A stretch of DNA of 64,000 bases from a virus (lineage: Duplodnaviria > Caudoviricetes): positions 2,613 through 66,612 of the IMG/VR virus record IMGVR_UViG_2829772224_000004. One strand, written 5' to 3'. The notes below the pieces were generated by a model. It saw only the letters and a list, made by a program, of their open reading frames with translations, ran no database searches and was not told where the DNA came from. This document shows positions 24,409 through 32,575 of the stretch, one piece after another. A program made the position numbers and the translations under genes. How positions within the stretch are numbered: the stretch's first letter is position 1; each line of letters opens with the position of its first letter.

Positions 24409-25532
24409 TGTCGCAGCGATATGACCCCGCCGAACTCGACGTTTTGAAGTCGCGGACCTCGCTGTCCAAGGTGTTCGAGACCTATGGCATCAGGTCCAAG
24501 GGCAGTGCGCGCGCCCGATGGGCGGTCTGCTGTTTCCATCATGAGAAGTCAGGCAGCCTGAAAATCGACGATCAACGTGGCCGATACAAATGCTTCGGCT
24601 GCGGGGTCAGCGGCGACCACTTCACCTTCCTGAATGAGTTCGTGGGAAAGAGCTTTCATGAGGCCGTCGAATATCTCGGTGGGAGTGTCGGGTTTGTCAC
24701 CACGGAGGAACGCCGAGCCATCGAGCAGCGCAACGCCGAATGGGAGGCCCAGGAGCTCGCCGAGAAACAGCGAACGATGACGTCGGTGCAACGGATCTTC
24801 GACAACGGGAAAACGATCCATGGCACCCATGCCGAGGCCTATCTGGCGGCACGTGGCCTCAGGGTCGTCAAACACTGGACGTTCGATATCAGGTTCGTCG
24901 CCGCGTTGACCTATCGGGGTTGGCCAAACCCCGATGCCGACGACACCGTCGAACTCGGCACGTTCCCGACCATGATAGCCGCGATCCGCAACCCGGGTGG
25001 CGACATCATCGGGCTCCACCGCACCTATCTCGATCCCGACCGGCCGGCGAAGCTCACACCTCCTGGCGATCAGCGGCGCAACAAGGCGAAGAAGGTGCTC
25101 GGGGAGCAGCGCGGCGGCATGATCCGCCTCTCCCCGCTGGGTCCACGTCTGGCGATGGGCGAAGGCATCGAGACCTCGCAGGCCTGGTTCTCCGGAGGCT
25201 TCGGCGGCATCGATGACGTCGCTGTTGCCGCTGCGGTCTCGCTGGGCAATCTTGCGGGCTCCGCCATGGGGTCCGCGGAGCATCCCAGCGATCACTCGAA
25301 GCGCGTCCCCAACGGGATCCCCGATATGGAGCGCCCCGGCGTCGTTCTCCCCGACGAGGTCCGCGAGCTCGTCCTCATCGGCGACGGCGACAGTGACCCC
25401 GCGATGACGAGGGCCCGCCTCATGGTGGCGGGCCGCCGATACCGAAACCTCGGCCGCAGGGTGTTCGTATCGATGGCGCCTCAGGGCAAAGACTTCGCTG
25501 ACCTCAACCTCGAGCTTGGGGCCGGCCAATGA
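24408..25532 (+). CDS. DNA primase (CHC2 zinc finger plus Toprim)
   Basis: CCFHHEKSGS..YKCFGCG.SGD zinc finger; MGEGIET and IGDGDSD Toprim motifs. Confidence 0.9.
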   Translation: MSQRYDPAELDVLKSRTSLSKVFETYGIRSKGSARARWAVCCFHHEKSGSLKIDDQRGRYKCFGCGVSGDHFTFLNEFVGKSFHEAVEYLGGSVGFVTTEERRAIEQRNAEWEAQELAEKQRTMTSVQRIFDNGKTIHGTHAEAYLAARGLRVVKHWTFDIRFVAALTYRGWPNPDADDTVELGTFPTMIAAIRNPGGDIIGLHRTYLDPDRPAKLTPPGDQRRNKAKKVLGEQRGGMIRLSPLGPRLAMGEGIETSQAWFSGGFGGIDDVAVAAAVSLGNLAGSAMGSAEHPSDHSKRVPNGIPDMERPGVVLPDEVRELVLIGDGDSDPAMTRARLMVAGRRYRNLGRRVFVSMAPQGKDFADLNLELGAGQ

Positions 25533-26845
25533 ACGATGTCCCTGTCTTTATCGAACCATTCGAGGCCTTCGAGGCCGCCACGACGACATTCCTGACCCCA
25601 CCGTTCCGGTCGAAGTTCGGGCTGATCCGTTGGGAGGATCAGGACAAGCCATCGGATCGCACCTACGAATTCCAGGTCGCCGGACTGATACCGCGGCGCG
25701 AAACCGTGCTGTGGTTCGGGGAAAGCCAGTCCGGGAAGTCGTTCTCCGCCTTCGACTGCGGGATCCATGTGGCCTCGGGCATGGAATATCAGGGCCGCCG
25801 CACCCGTCGCGGCGGCGTCATCTACTGCTTCATCGAGAAGGGTCACGGTGCTAAAAACCGCATGCAGGCGTTCCGGCAGCACTTCGACCTCCCCCTCGAG
25901 GGTTTCCCATTCGCCGTTCTGACGAAGCGGATCGACATCTTCTCCTCGGAAGAAACCGTCGACCTGCTTGCCGCCGAATGCGCCGAGATCGCCAAGGGCT
26001 GGGACGTCCCCCTGGACGTCATCGTCATCGATACCCACGACAAGGCGACACCGGGCGCCTCCGAGATCGACAAGAAAGACGTCTCCACGGTGCTGAATCG
26101 GTACGAGCGTCTGCGCGATCGTAGCAGTGCCGGGATATGGGTCATCGGCCACTCGAATTCGTTCGGATCCGCCCGCGGCTCCCTCGTCCTCTACAATGCC
26201 ATCGAGACCGTGATCTCGATATCGGTGCTTCGCGACAAAGCCCTCGGCGAATTCCGCGACGCCAACCAGCGGGTGATCCGCCAGGCCAAGGTGATGAAGC
26301 AGTCCGAGGGTGAAGCCGGGCAGACCTGGAAGTTCGTGCTTCCGGCCATCGAGGTCGCCCGCAACGAGTACGGGGAGTCGGTGACATCATGTGTGGTGAC
26401 CCCACCAGCGGACAAGGAAGGCGATGACCTCATCTCTTCGGGCTTCAAGGCTTCAGCCAACGACTCCATCTTCCTGAAGGCGCTGATCAAGGCGCTCGGC
26501 GAACGCGGGGAGGCGCCGTCGCCGCTGCTCGCGCTACCACCATCGATCGTGCGCGTCGTCGATTACGCCCATGTCAAGGAGGCCTACAAAGCGCTGAACC
26601 CCGACGACGGCAACGACGCCGTGAAATGGCGGGAGCGTCTGAAAACGGGGCTTCGCCGCGCCCGAGAACGCCTCATCGACCATCGCATCATCGGGGTCTC
26701 GAGCCCGCATATCTGGATCACGGGCCGGCCGGTGCGCGGCATCATCAAGGCCAGGGACAGCGGACCCGCCGATTACGATCAGCGTGATCAGGACTCGCCT
26801 GGGCTCGCCGAGGCGATGGAAAACGGCGGGAGCGATCTGCTGTGA
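25529..26845 (+). CDS. AAA_25/RepA-family replicative helicase
   Basis: Walker A GESQSGKS, Walker B IVIDT, HS...ARGS, KQSEGE. Confidence 0.88.
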   Translation: MNDVPVFIEPFEAFEAATTTFLTPPFRSKFGLIRWEDQDKPSDRTYEFQVAGLIPRRETVLWFGESQSGKSFSAFDCGIHVASGMEYQGRRTRRGGVIYCFIEKGHGAKNRMQAFRQHFDLPLEGFPFAVLTKRIDIFSSEETVDLLAAECAEIAKGWDVPLDVIVIDTHDKATPGASEIDKKDVSTVLNRYERLRDRSSAGIWVIGHSNSFGSARGSLVLYNAIETVISISVLRDKALGEFRDANQRVIRQAKVMKQSEGEAGQTWKFVLPAIEVARNEYGESVTSCVVTPPADKEGDDLISSGFKASANDSIFLKALIKALGERGEAPSPLLALPPSIVRVVDYAHVKEAYKALNPDDGNDAVKWRERLKTGLRRARERLIDHRIIGVSSPHIWITGRPVRGIIKARDSGPADYDQRDQDSPGLAEAMENGGSDLL

Positions 26846-26848
26846 AAA

Positions 26849-27002
26849 TGTCCCCGGTGATGTCCCCTTTGTACCGCCGCTCCGAAACAGTGGGAACCCT
26901 TGTATCACATGGGGTTGCGCTGTGGCCGGCGGCATCGAGGGGTACACGCCATTTCGTCGTTTTGTCCCCTTTTGTCCCCGCGATGTCCCCCTTTTTGTCC
27001 CC
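26849..27002. repeat. Iteron-like array 1: six direct TGTCCCC copies plus a GGGGTACA variant
   Basis: TGTCCCC at 26849, 26861, 26963, 26973, 26984 and 26996; ggggtacacgcc near 26939. Confidence 0.75.
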
Positions 27003-27020
27003 CCTTCCAGGGAGGTCGCG

Positions 27021-27452
27021 ATGACGACAGTTCAGGCGATCTGCAGCGAGTTCGGGATCACCATAGTTGACGGCCACCGCTATCCCGAGATCGGGCAGAC
27101 ACGGGCCGTCGCCACCCTGGAACGCATCATGCGGCGACATGGTGAAGGTCACCTGCGCCTCGTCCTGACGACACTGGCCGAAACAGCGAACAACAAGGTG
27201 CTGCTCGATGAGGTCGGCTTGTGGATGGCTTCAGATATGATCCGGGCCTGTGCCGGCATCGTCGAGGCCCGCGCCGCGGACTGGCTACATGCCTGGGACG
27301 AGATGCCCGTCGGCGAGCTGCAGTTCATCTGCCAAGACCTCCGCGGTGTGGTCCCACAGCGCAACGCGTTGGGCGGCATGGTCTTCGAGCGCCTCTATCG
27401 CCGGTTCGGTCCCGCACAGATCGAGCTCTTCGACGGCAAGGAGCCCGCATGA
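27021..27452 (+). CDS. Conserved phage hypothetical protein
   Basis: RBS GGAGG; MTTVQAICSEFGITIV...TRAVATLERI...HGEGHLRLVLTTLAET. Confidence 0.8.
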   Translation: MTTVQAICSEFGITIVDGHRYPEIGQTRAVATLERIMRRHGEGHLRLVLTTLAETANNKVLLDEVGLWMASDMIRACAGIVEARAADWLHAWDEMPVGELQFICQDLRGVVPQRNALGGMVFERLYRRFGPAQIELFDGKEPA

Positions 27453-28198
27453 ACATCAGGCTGGTCCGGGATCTGCTCATCGATGCGGTCAGGCTCGATC
27501 GAGAAACCCATGATCATATCGGCCCGGCCCCGTTGCGGGGCCAGCAGCTGCCTTACGCCCATGGCTTCTCGGACATGGCGGGTTGGGGCAAGGTGCCCAA
27601 TGACTTCAGATGCCAGCTGCGCACCGAAGACGGCGATCCCCTGGCCACGATACGGCATGATTTCTGGGACCAGTACGACCGCGATCCATCCCCGGCCGAG
27701 ATCTCGCGCGCCGACACCGTTCATGGGTGGGTCTCATACATCGATGTTGATGCGGAGCGGCGCGCCCTTCTGGGATGGCTGAAATCGAAGGTTGGAGGCA
27801 GAGCGTTCAAGCGGTGGTGCGCCTCGGAAGGGATCTCGACGACGACGGGGACAAAGCGCAAAAACCGAGCCCTTGACAAAATTCTTGCCGAATTGGCTCG
27901 CAGGCCTGTCCAAGATTACCGATTGCTCGATTTCGGGGTGTTGCATCTGGAGCCCGAAATCAGCGATGTTTCGGCTACGATCGCAGAAGGTGCGGGTGAC
28001 GCCACCGAGGGGCTCAACAACTGGGCTGCCGCCGATGCGCTCCCCGACCAGATCGAGTTCTCCTACAAGAGCGACCGCACCGGAAACCGCGGCATCGAGA
28101 TCCCGCAATCTGAGTTCTCCTGGGCGGCGAGGCGCAACGAACGCCGGCGGAGGCAGCGCGCCAAGAAGGCGGCGAAAAAGGCCAAGGCTAAGTCGTAG
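27449..28198 (+). CDS. Hypothetical protein in late-regulator position, probable HTH
   Basis: Last early gene before the packaging module; FKRWCASEGISTTTGTKRKNRAL HTH-like segment. Confidence 0.65.
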   Translation: MNIRLVRDLLIDAVRLDRETHDHIGPAPLRGQQLPYAHGFSDMAGWGKVPNDFRCQLRTEDGDPLATIRHDFWDQYDRDPSPAEISRADTVHGWVSYIDVDAERRALLGWLKSKVGGRAFKRWCASEGISTTTGTKRKNRALDKILAELARRPVQDYRLLDFGVLHLEPEISDVSATIAEGAGDATEGLNNWAAADALPDQIEFSYKSDRTGNRGIEIPQSEFSWAARRNERRRRQRAKKAAKKAKAKS

Positions 28199-28610
28199 AG
28201 TTCGAGGCGCGTTCCCGATCTACCCACGCTTGCTTCTGGGAACGCTCTTTCGCCCGGATATTCACCGCATCGGGCTCGTACTGGTATAGCAGGTCAGTAG
28301 TGCGCTTCTTATCATCGACGACGGACCAGACCCTGATGACCTTGCTTTCGAAAGCGGCCGAAGTGATCTGTTCCTCCGACATCGCCAGGTTGGCCACGAG
28401 GTGGTGAATGGTACGACTGCCCTTGGTGCCTATGGCTCCGAAGTCTCTTTCCAGCTTCAGGTAAGCCTCGACTTCGCGCCGTCGCTGCGTCGATTTCCAG
28501 ACGACCAACAGCCAAATCCAGCCTGCGAACACCGCGGTCAGGATCGCTGCGATATTGGCGAGATGTGTGAGCACCTGACCAACAAGTGCCAACGTGAGCC
28601 ATTCCGGCAT
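28188..28610 (-). CDS. Single-TM hypothetical protein, moron
   Basis: N-terminal TM (LANIAAILTAVFAGWIWLLVVW) plus a small domain; opposite strand. Confidence 0.75.
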   Translation of the reverse strand: MPEWLTLALVGQVLTHLANIAAILTAVFAGWIWLLVVWKSTQRRREVEAYLKLERDFGAIGTKGSRTIHHLVANLAMSEEQITSAAFESKVIRVWSVVDDKKRTTDLLYQYEPDAVNIRAKERSQKQAWVDRERASNSTT

Positions 28611-28617
28611 TTCGTGA

Positions 28618-28796
28618 TGTCCCCTTTGCCCTTGGGACTAAATCGGCCCAAATCATCCCGGCGCGTCAAGCAAAAAACACTGCCGTGCCGGGGTACATCA
28701 CCTATACCGCCGGATGTCCCCTTTCCGGCGATCCCCTTGGAGTCGTTGGAGCCAAGGGGGTACACGCCGTGGGTACATGGGGGGACAAAAGGGACA
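28618..28796. repeat. Iteron-like array 2: TGTCCCC / GGGGACA / GGGTACA in both orientations
   Basis: TGTCCCC at 28618 and 28715; GGGGTACA at 28690 and 28757; GGGTACA at 28771; GGGGACA at 28781; GGGACA at 28791. Confidence 0.7.
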
Positions 28797-28969
28797 ATCC
28801 CGAATTGTCACAATTCGTGATTTCCAGAAACCGTTAGAATTCAGCACCTTATCGCGGCTCCCTTCCCTCGCGTAGACGCCAAGTTGTGATGACCCGACGC
28901 CCTCCGGCGGGCGGCCATCAGGCCGACCCCGGCTGAAGTGCTCTACGATCAAAGGTATACGCTGGCACC

Positions 28970-29299
28970 ATGGCAAAGCTCATAGGGCCGTCGATCCGAA
29001 CGATCGACGTCCGCATCGCGCTACCTCCAGCCAAGAAGGTCGACCCCGAACTGCGTACCGCTGAACATCAGGCATGGCGTCGTGCCGTCCTGGAGCGTGC
29101 CGGATACCAGTGCGAGGGCACCACTCATGGGCATCGCTGTCATGTCCGTGCCCCTGCCCGTCTCTTCGCCGACCACATCAAGGAGCGAAAGGACGGCGGT
29201 GCCCTGTACGACGTCGCCAACGGGCAGTGTCTATGTGGCCACCACCACACCTTGAAGACGGTGGCAGCCCGAGCCGATCGGATGAAGGAACGGTACTGA
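28970..29299 (+). CDS. HNH endonuclease (packaging-associated)
   Basis: CEG...C.....LFADHIKERKDGG.LYDVANGQCLCGHHH.LKT; upstream of cos/terminase as in HK97. Confidence 0.92.
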   Translation: MAKLIGPSIRTIDVRIALPPAKKVDPELRTAEHQAWRRAVLERAGYQCEGTTHGHRCHVRAPARLFADHIKERKDGGALYDVANGQCLCGHHHTLKTVAARADRMKERY

Positions 29300-29443
29300 A
29301 CGAGGGAAGAAAAACTGACAGGCAGGTCGTCCAACTCCTGCTGACCGCCTTGCCAACTCCCCAGCTCGGCGGGCTGGATCAACGCCTTACCCGTCTTCGG
29401 ATCTCCGGGCTGCTGTCAGTGCCCCCCTTCTACCTCATGGGGA

Positions 29444-29580
29444 GGGGGGTGTCGATCTCTGGGCGGTCCGGGGGCCCCCAACCCCCATCCTGCCGCAATG
29501 CAGGCCGACCGGGGGGCCATCGAATCTCTAGGGCCTCCGGGGCCCCCGACCGCCTGGGGCTCATTCGCAGATTTTTTTTC
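29444..29580. other. Putative cos region, apparently tandemly duplicated
   Basis: GGGGGG..TCGA(A)TCTCT...TCCGGGG..CCCCC.ACC occurs at 29444 and 29511; the second copy ends in CTCATTCGCAGATTTTTTTT. It lies directly after HNH. Confidence 0.5.
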
Positions 29581-29762
29581 GGCCTAACCGCTGAAACGCA
29601 CTTTCCCGTCTATCAAAGGATGGGGATCGCCACCGTCATCGACGGGGGCAAGGGCGCGCCAACGCCCGAGCCGCGAGCTTGAGACTCGCATGACCAGACC
29701 CGGCCGGTTTTCCTGGCCACCCCGCCACCGCAGCTGCGGCGGGTTCATTGGGCCATGTGTTC

Positions 29763-30407
29763 ATGCAATCGCACAATTCATACTCGGCCGAGATGCGGCC
29801 GATTGCCGACGTTATCCCCTATGAACGCAATCCGAGAGTGATCCCGGAGAGCGCAGTACTCAAAGTTGCGGCTTCGATCCGCGAATTCGGATGGCGCCAG
29901 CCCATCGTTGTCGACGAGGCCGGCATCATACTCGTCGGCCATACGCGGCGACTCGCCGCCATCCATCTCGGCTTGGCAGAGGTACCGGTCCACGTCGCTG
30001 TCGGCTTGACGCCGGCACAGGCGCGGGCTTATCGCCTCGCCGATAATCGCGTCGGCGAAGAGACATCTTGGGATTTCGAGACCCTCGGCCTCGAGATCGA
30101 GGCGCTTGGGGCCTCTGATCTCGACATCGATCTGTCATCGATAGGGCTCGACCTCGGGTCTTTCACCGATTTCGACGGCGAATTGACTGCCGGCGCCGAC
30201 GCCGTCGAGGCCAAAGCCTCGCTGATGGAGCGTTTCGGGGTCGCCCCATTCTCGGTTCTCAACGCCCGCGATGGGTGGTGGCAGGACAGAAAGCGCGCCT
30301 GGCTGGCGATCGGCATCGAATCCGAGCTCGGCCGAGGCGAAAACGCGCTGAATTTCAGTGCGACTGTGATCGCGGCGACTGCTCCGAAGCGTGGAGCACG
30401 CCGATGA
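29763..30407 (+). CDS. ParB N-terminal domain protein (first half of a ParB-methylase pair)
   Basis: IPYERNPR...VAASIREFGWRQPIVVD....GHTRRLAA...AYRLADNR; start codon uncertain (29748/29763/29793). Confidence 0.85.
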   Translation: MQSHNSYSAEMRPIADVIPYERNPRVIPESAVLKVAASIREFGWRQPIVVDEAGIILVGHTRRLAAIHLGLAEVPVHVAVGLTPAQARAYRLADNRVGEETSWDFETLGLEIEALGASDLDIDLSSIGLDLGSFTDFDGELTAGADAVEAKASLMERFGVAPFSVLNARDGWWQDRKRAWLAIGIESELGRGENALNFSATVIAATAPKRGARR

Positions 30408-31279
30408 GCCGCTCAAAGAAGGCCGATGCGCAGATTTCCGGCGGCGGTGGTGGCGCCTGGGCAGAATTCAATGCCAAGGCGGCAGAGCGGAGGCGGAAGT
30501 CGAAGGTTGCGGCCGGGCTCGTGTTCGGCGAGATGAAGTTCGATGACGGATCGGCGCGGACGCTGAACGGGACTTCGATTTTCGATCCAGTGCTATGCGA
30601 GCTCGCCTATCGCTGGTTCTGTCCCGTCGGCGGGCTAGTTATTGACCCATTCGCTGGCGGCTCGGTTCGCGGAATCGTGGCCTCGCGGCTCGGTCGGGCA
30701 TATTTCGGCGTCGACCTACGTCCCGAACAGATCGAGGCCAATCGAAAACAGGCCGAAAGAATCTGTTCGGATCCTTTTCCGGAGTGGGTCGAGGGCGACA
30801 GCACCAATGTTCGGGATCTGATCGGGGGCCGGCGCGGAGATTTCCTGTTTTCGTGCCCGCCCTATGCCGACTTGGAGCGCTACAGCGACGATCCGCGTGA
30901 TCTGTCGACCATGGAATACGAGGACTTCCGGGCCACATACCGGAAAATCGTCGCGGCGAGCTGCGATTTGCTCGAACCGGATCGCTTCGCCTGCTTCGTC
31001 GTCGGCGATGTCCGGGATCGACAGGGTTTGTACCGGAATTTTATCGGCCACACCGTCGAGGCCTTCGAGGACGCCGGGCTGCCGCTCTACAACGAGGCCA
31101 TTCTGGTGACCCAGGCTGGATCGTTACCGATCCGCGCCGGGAAACAGTTCGTGACGAGCCGCAAGCTTGGGAAAACGCATCAGAACTGTCTGGTTTTCGT
31201 CAAAGGCGATCCCCGCAAGGCAACGGAGGCCTGCGGGGATGTCGAATTCGGGGAAATCGAGGAAGGGGCGCCGGAATAG
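30404..31279 (+). CDS. DNA amino-methyltransferase
   Basis: TSIFDPVLCELAYRWF, DPFAGGSVRG (motif I), FSCPPY (motif IV), KTHQNCLVFVKGD. Confidence 0.88.
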   Translation: MSRSKKADAQISGGGGGAWAEFNAKAAERRRKSKVAAGLVFGEMKFDDGSARTLNGTSIFDPVLCELAYRWFCPVGGLVIDPFAGGSVRGIVASRLGRAYFGVDLRPEQIEANRKQAERICSDPFPEWVEGDSTNVRDLIGGRRGDFLFSCPPYADLERYSDDPRDLSTMEYEDFRATYRKIVAASCDLLEPDRFACFVVGDVRDRQGLYRNFIGHTVEAFEDAGLPLYNEAILVTQAGSLPIRAGKQFVTSRKLGKTHQNCLVFVKGDPRKATEACGDVEFGEIEEGAPE

Positions 31280-31288
31280 CGCCCCTTC
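31262..31288. terminator. Hairpin between convergent genes
   Basis: GAAGGGGCGC-cggaata-GCGCCCCTTC, a perfect 10-bp stem. Confidence 0.6.
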
Positions 31289-31290
31289 GG

Positions 31291-31518
31291 CTATCTGATG
31301 GTGTCGACGAAGGCCTGTCTGCCGGTTGGTCCAATCGCGTAGATGATGGTTCCGCGCCCCATTTCGGCGGCGATGGTCCTGATCGCATCTTGTGTCGGGG
31401 CCTCTCGCTTGTCGTATCGGCCGACACCGGTCTTGCGGCATGCGGTGAAGTAGGCGGCATTTGCGATGATGTCGGCGTTGTATTCGTCGATCGTCATCTC
31501 GGTGAGCAGCTTCTTCAT
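31291..31518 (-). CDS. Small hypothetical protein
   Basis: MKKLLTEMTIDEYNADIIANAAYFTACR...IIYAIGPTGRQAFV; ATGA overlap with the upstream gene. Confidence 0.7.
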   Translation of the reverse strand: MKKLLTEMTIDEYNADIIANAAYFTACRKTGVGRYDKREAPTQDAIRTIAAEMGRGTIIYAIGPTGRQAFVDTIR

Positions 31519-32048
31519 TTCGCTGCCGGCGCCGAGAGGGCCCAGACCGCGAGCTCGTGATAGCGAGCGATGGCCTTCCGGCTGCTGGTGTGCCGCTCGA
31601 GCTTGAGCGCGCGCAGCGCCTTCAGATTCCTGGCTTCGACCAGGGCGACGACCTCGGCGAGCCGCTTGCGGTGCGCCTTGTGGGTTTCAGCGCTGAAATC
31701 CGGCGCTGTAGGGATTTTCCCGGCCTTGGCATCGGCGTCGGCCTGTGCCCGCTTGCCGCGTTCCTTCGGTGCCTTCGGCGCCTTGGCGGCCTTGGGCTCA
31801 GCTGCCTTCTTGCCCTTCGCCGGCTTCGTGGCTGGTGCAACCAGCGCCTTCAGCGCCTCTGATGCGGCCTCGAAATCGGCGGCGGCCAGAACCGCGGTAG
31901 CGTCGTCGATGCCGATCTTGGCGCCGTTGGCGATGTTGAGGAAGCGACCGACAGCCGCGTCCTTGGTGTTGGACCGGCGATATCCGCCGCCGGTGATCAC
32001 CGCGGAAAGCTTCGCGATCTCAATGCTGGAAAGATTGGTCGTCGTCAT
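31515..32048 (-). CDS. Lys/Ala-rich hypothetical protein
   Basis: MTTTNLSSIE...KPAKGKKAAEPKAAKAPKAPK...PTAPDFSAETHKAHRKRLA. Confidence 0.7.
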   Translation of the reverse strand: MTTTNLSSIEIAKLSAVITGGGYRRSNTKDAAVGRFLNIANGAKIGIDDATAVLAAADFEAASEALKALVAPATKPAKGKKAAEPKAAKAPKAPKERGKRAQADADAKAGKIPTAPDFSAETHKAHRKRLAEVVALVEARNLKALRALKLERHTSSRKAIARYHELAVWALSAPAAK

Positions 32049-32167
32049 GGTGGTTTTCTCCGGTTCGCGGCGGCTTGATTGCCTGCCGTGCTCTGGAGTT
32101 AGCAGTACTGTGGGACGCTTCAACTCAAGATCATCGAGATTTTTCAACCACTTGGAAGAAAGTTCGC

Positions 32168-32575
32168 ATGAAAGGAAAGCAGCATGTCCCGACCGCGAAG
32201 GATCGCAAAATGGTCGAGGCAATGGCGGCGGTTGTGACGCAGGAAGAGATCGCTATCGTGATGGAGATCGACACCAAGACGCTCCGTCGCCACTACCGGG
32301 TCGAGCTCGATCGAGCCCTCGTCATCGCGAATTCGAAAGTCGGGCTCAACCTGTTCAAGATCGCGACCGGAAAGGGTCGTGAGGCCGTCACCGCCGCCAT
32401 ATTCTGGATGAAGACTCGAGCGGGCTGGTCCGAATACAGCCCGCCTCCGAAGCCGCCGGCGCCGCCCAAGGAACCCGCTCCAGGCAAGAAGGAACTCGCG
32501 GAGCGCGAAGCCAACGAGCGGCCTGGAGACCCCGAATGGGGTGACCTCGTTGGGACAGGCCGGCGTCCGAACTGA
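32168..32575 (+). CDS. Terminase small subunit
   Basis: HTH QEEIAIVMEIDTKTLRRHY, AAIFWMKTRAGW; directly upstream of TerL. Confidence 0.8.
   Translation: MKGKQHVPTAKDRKMVEAMAAVVTQEEIAIVMEIDTKTLRRHYRVELDRALVIANSKVGLNLFKIATGKGREAVTAAIFWMKTRAGWSEYSPPPKPPAPPKEPAPGKKELAEREANERPGDPEWGDLVGTGRRPN

Noticed and set aside
26849-28796. CRISPR array
   Set aside because: Repeats are 7-8 bp with irregular spacing; no cas genes.
29314-29420. tRNA gene
   Set aside because: Cloverleaf-like, but no D-loop GG, no TTCRA T-loop and no 7-nt anticodon loop. Kept only as an unknown structured element.
29074-29682. 202-aa ORF across the cos region
   Set aside because: It overlaps HNH out of frame and the GC-run packaging-site region; Pro/Arg/Gly-rich with no motif.
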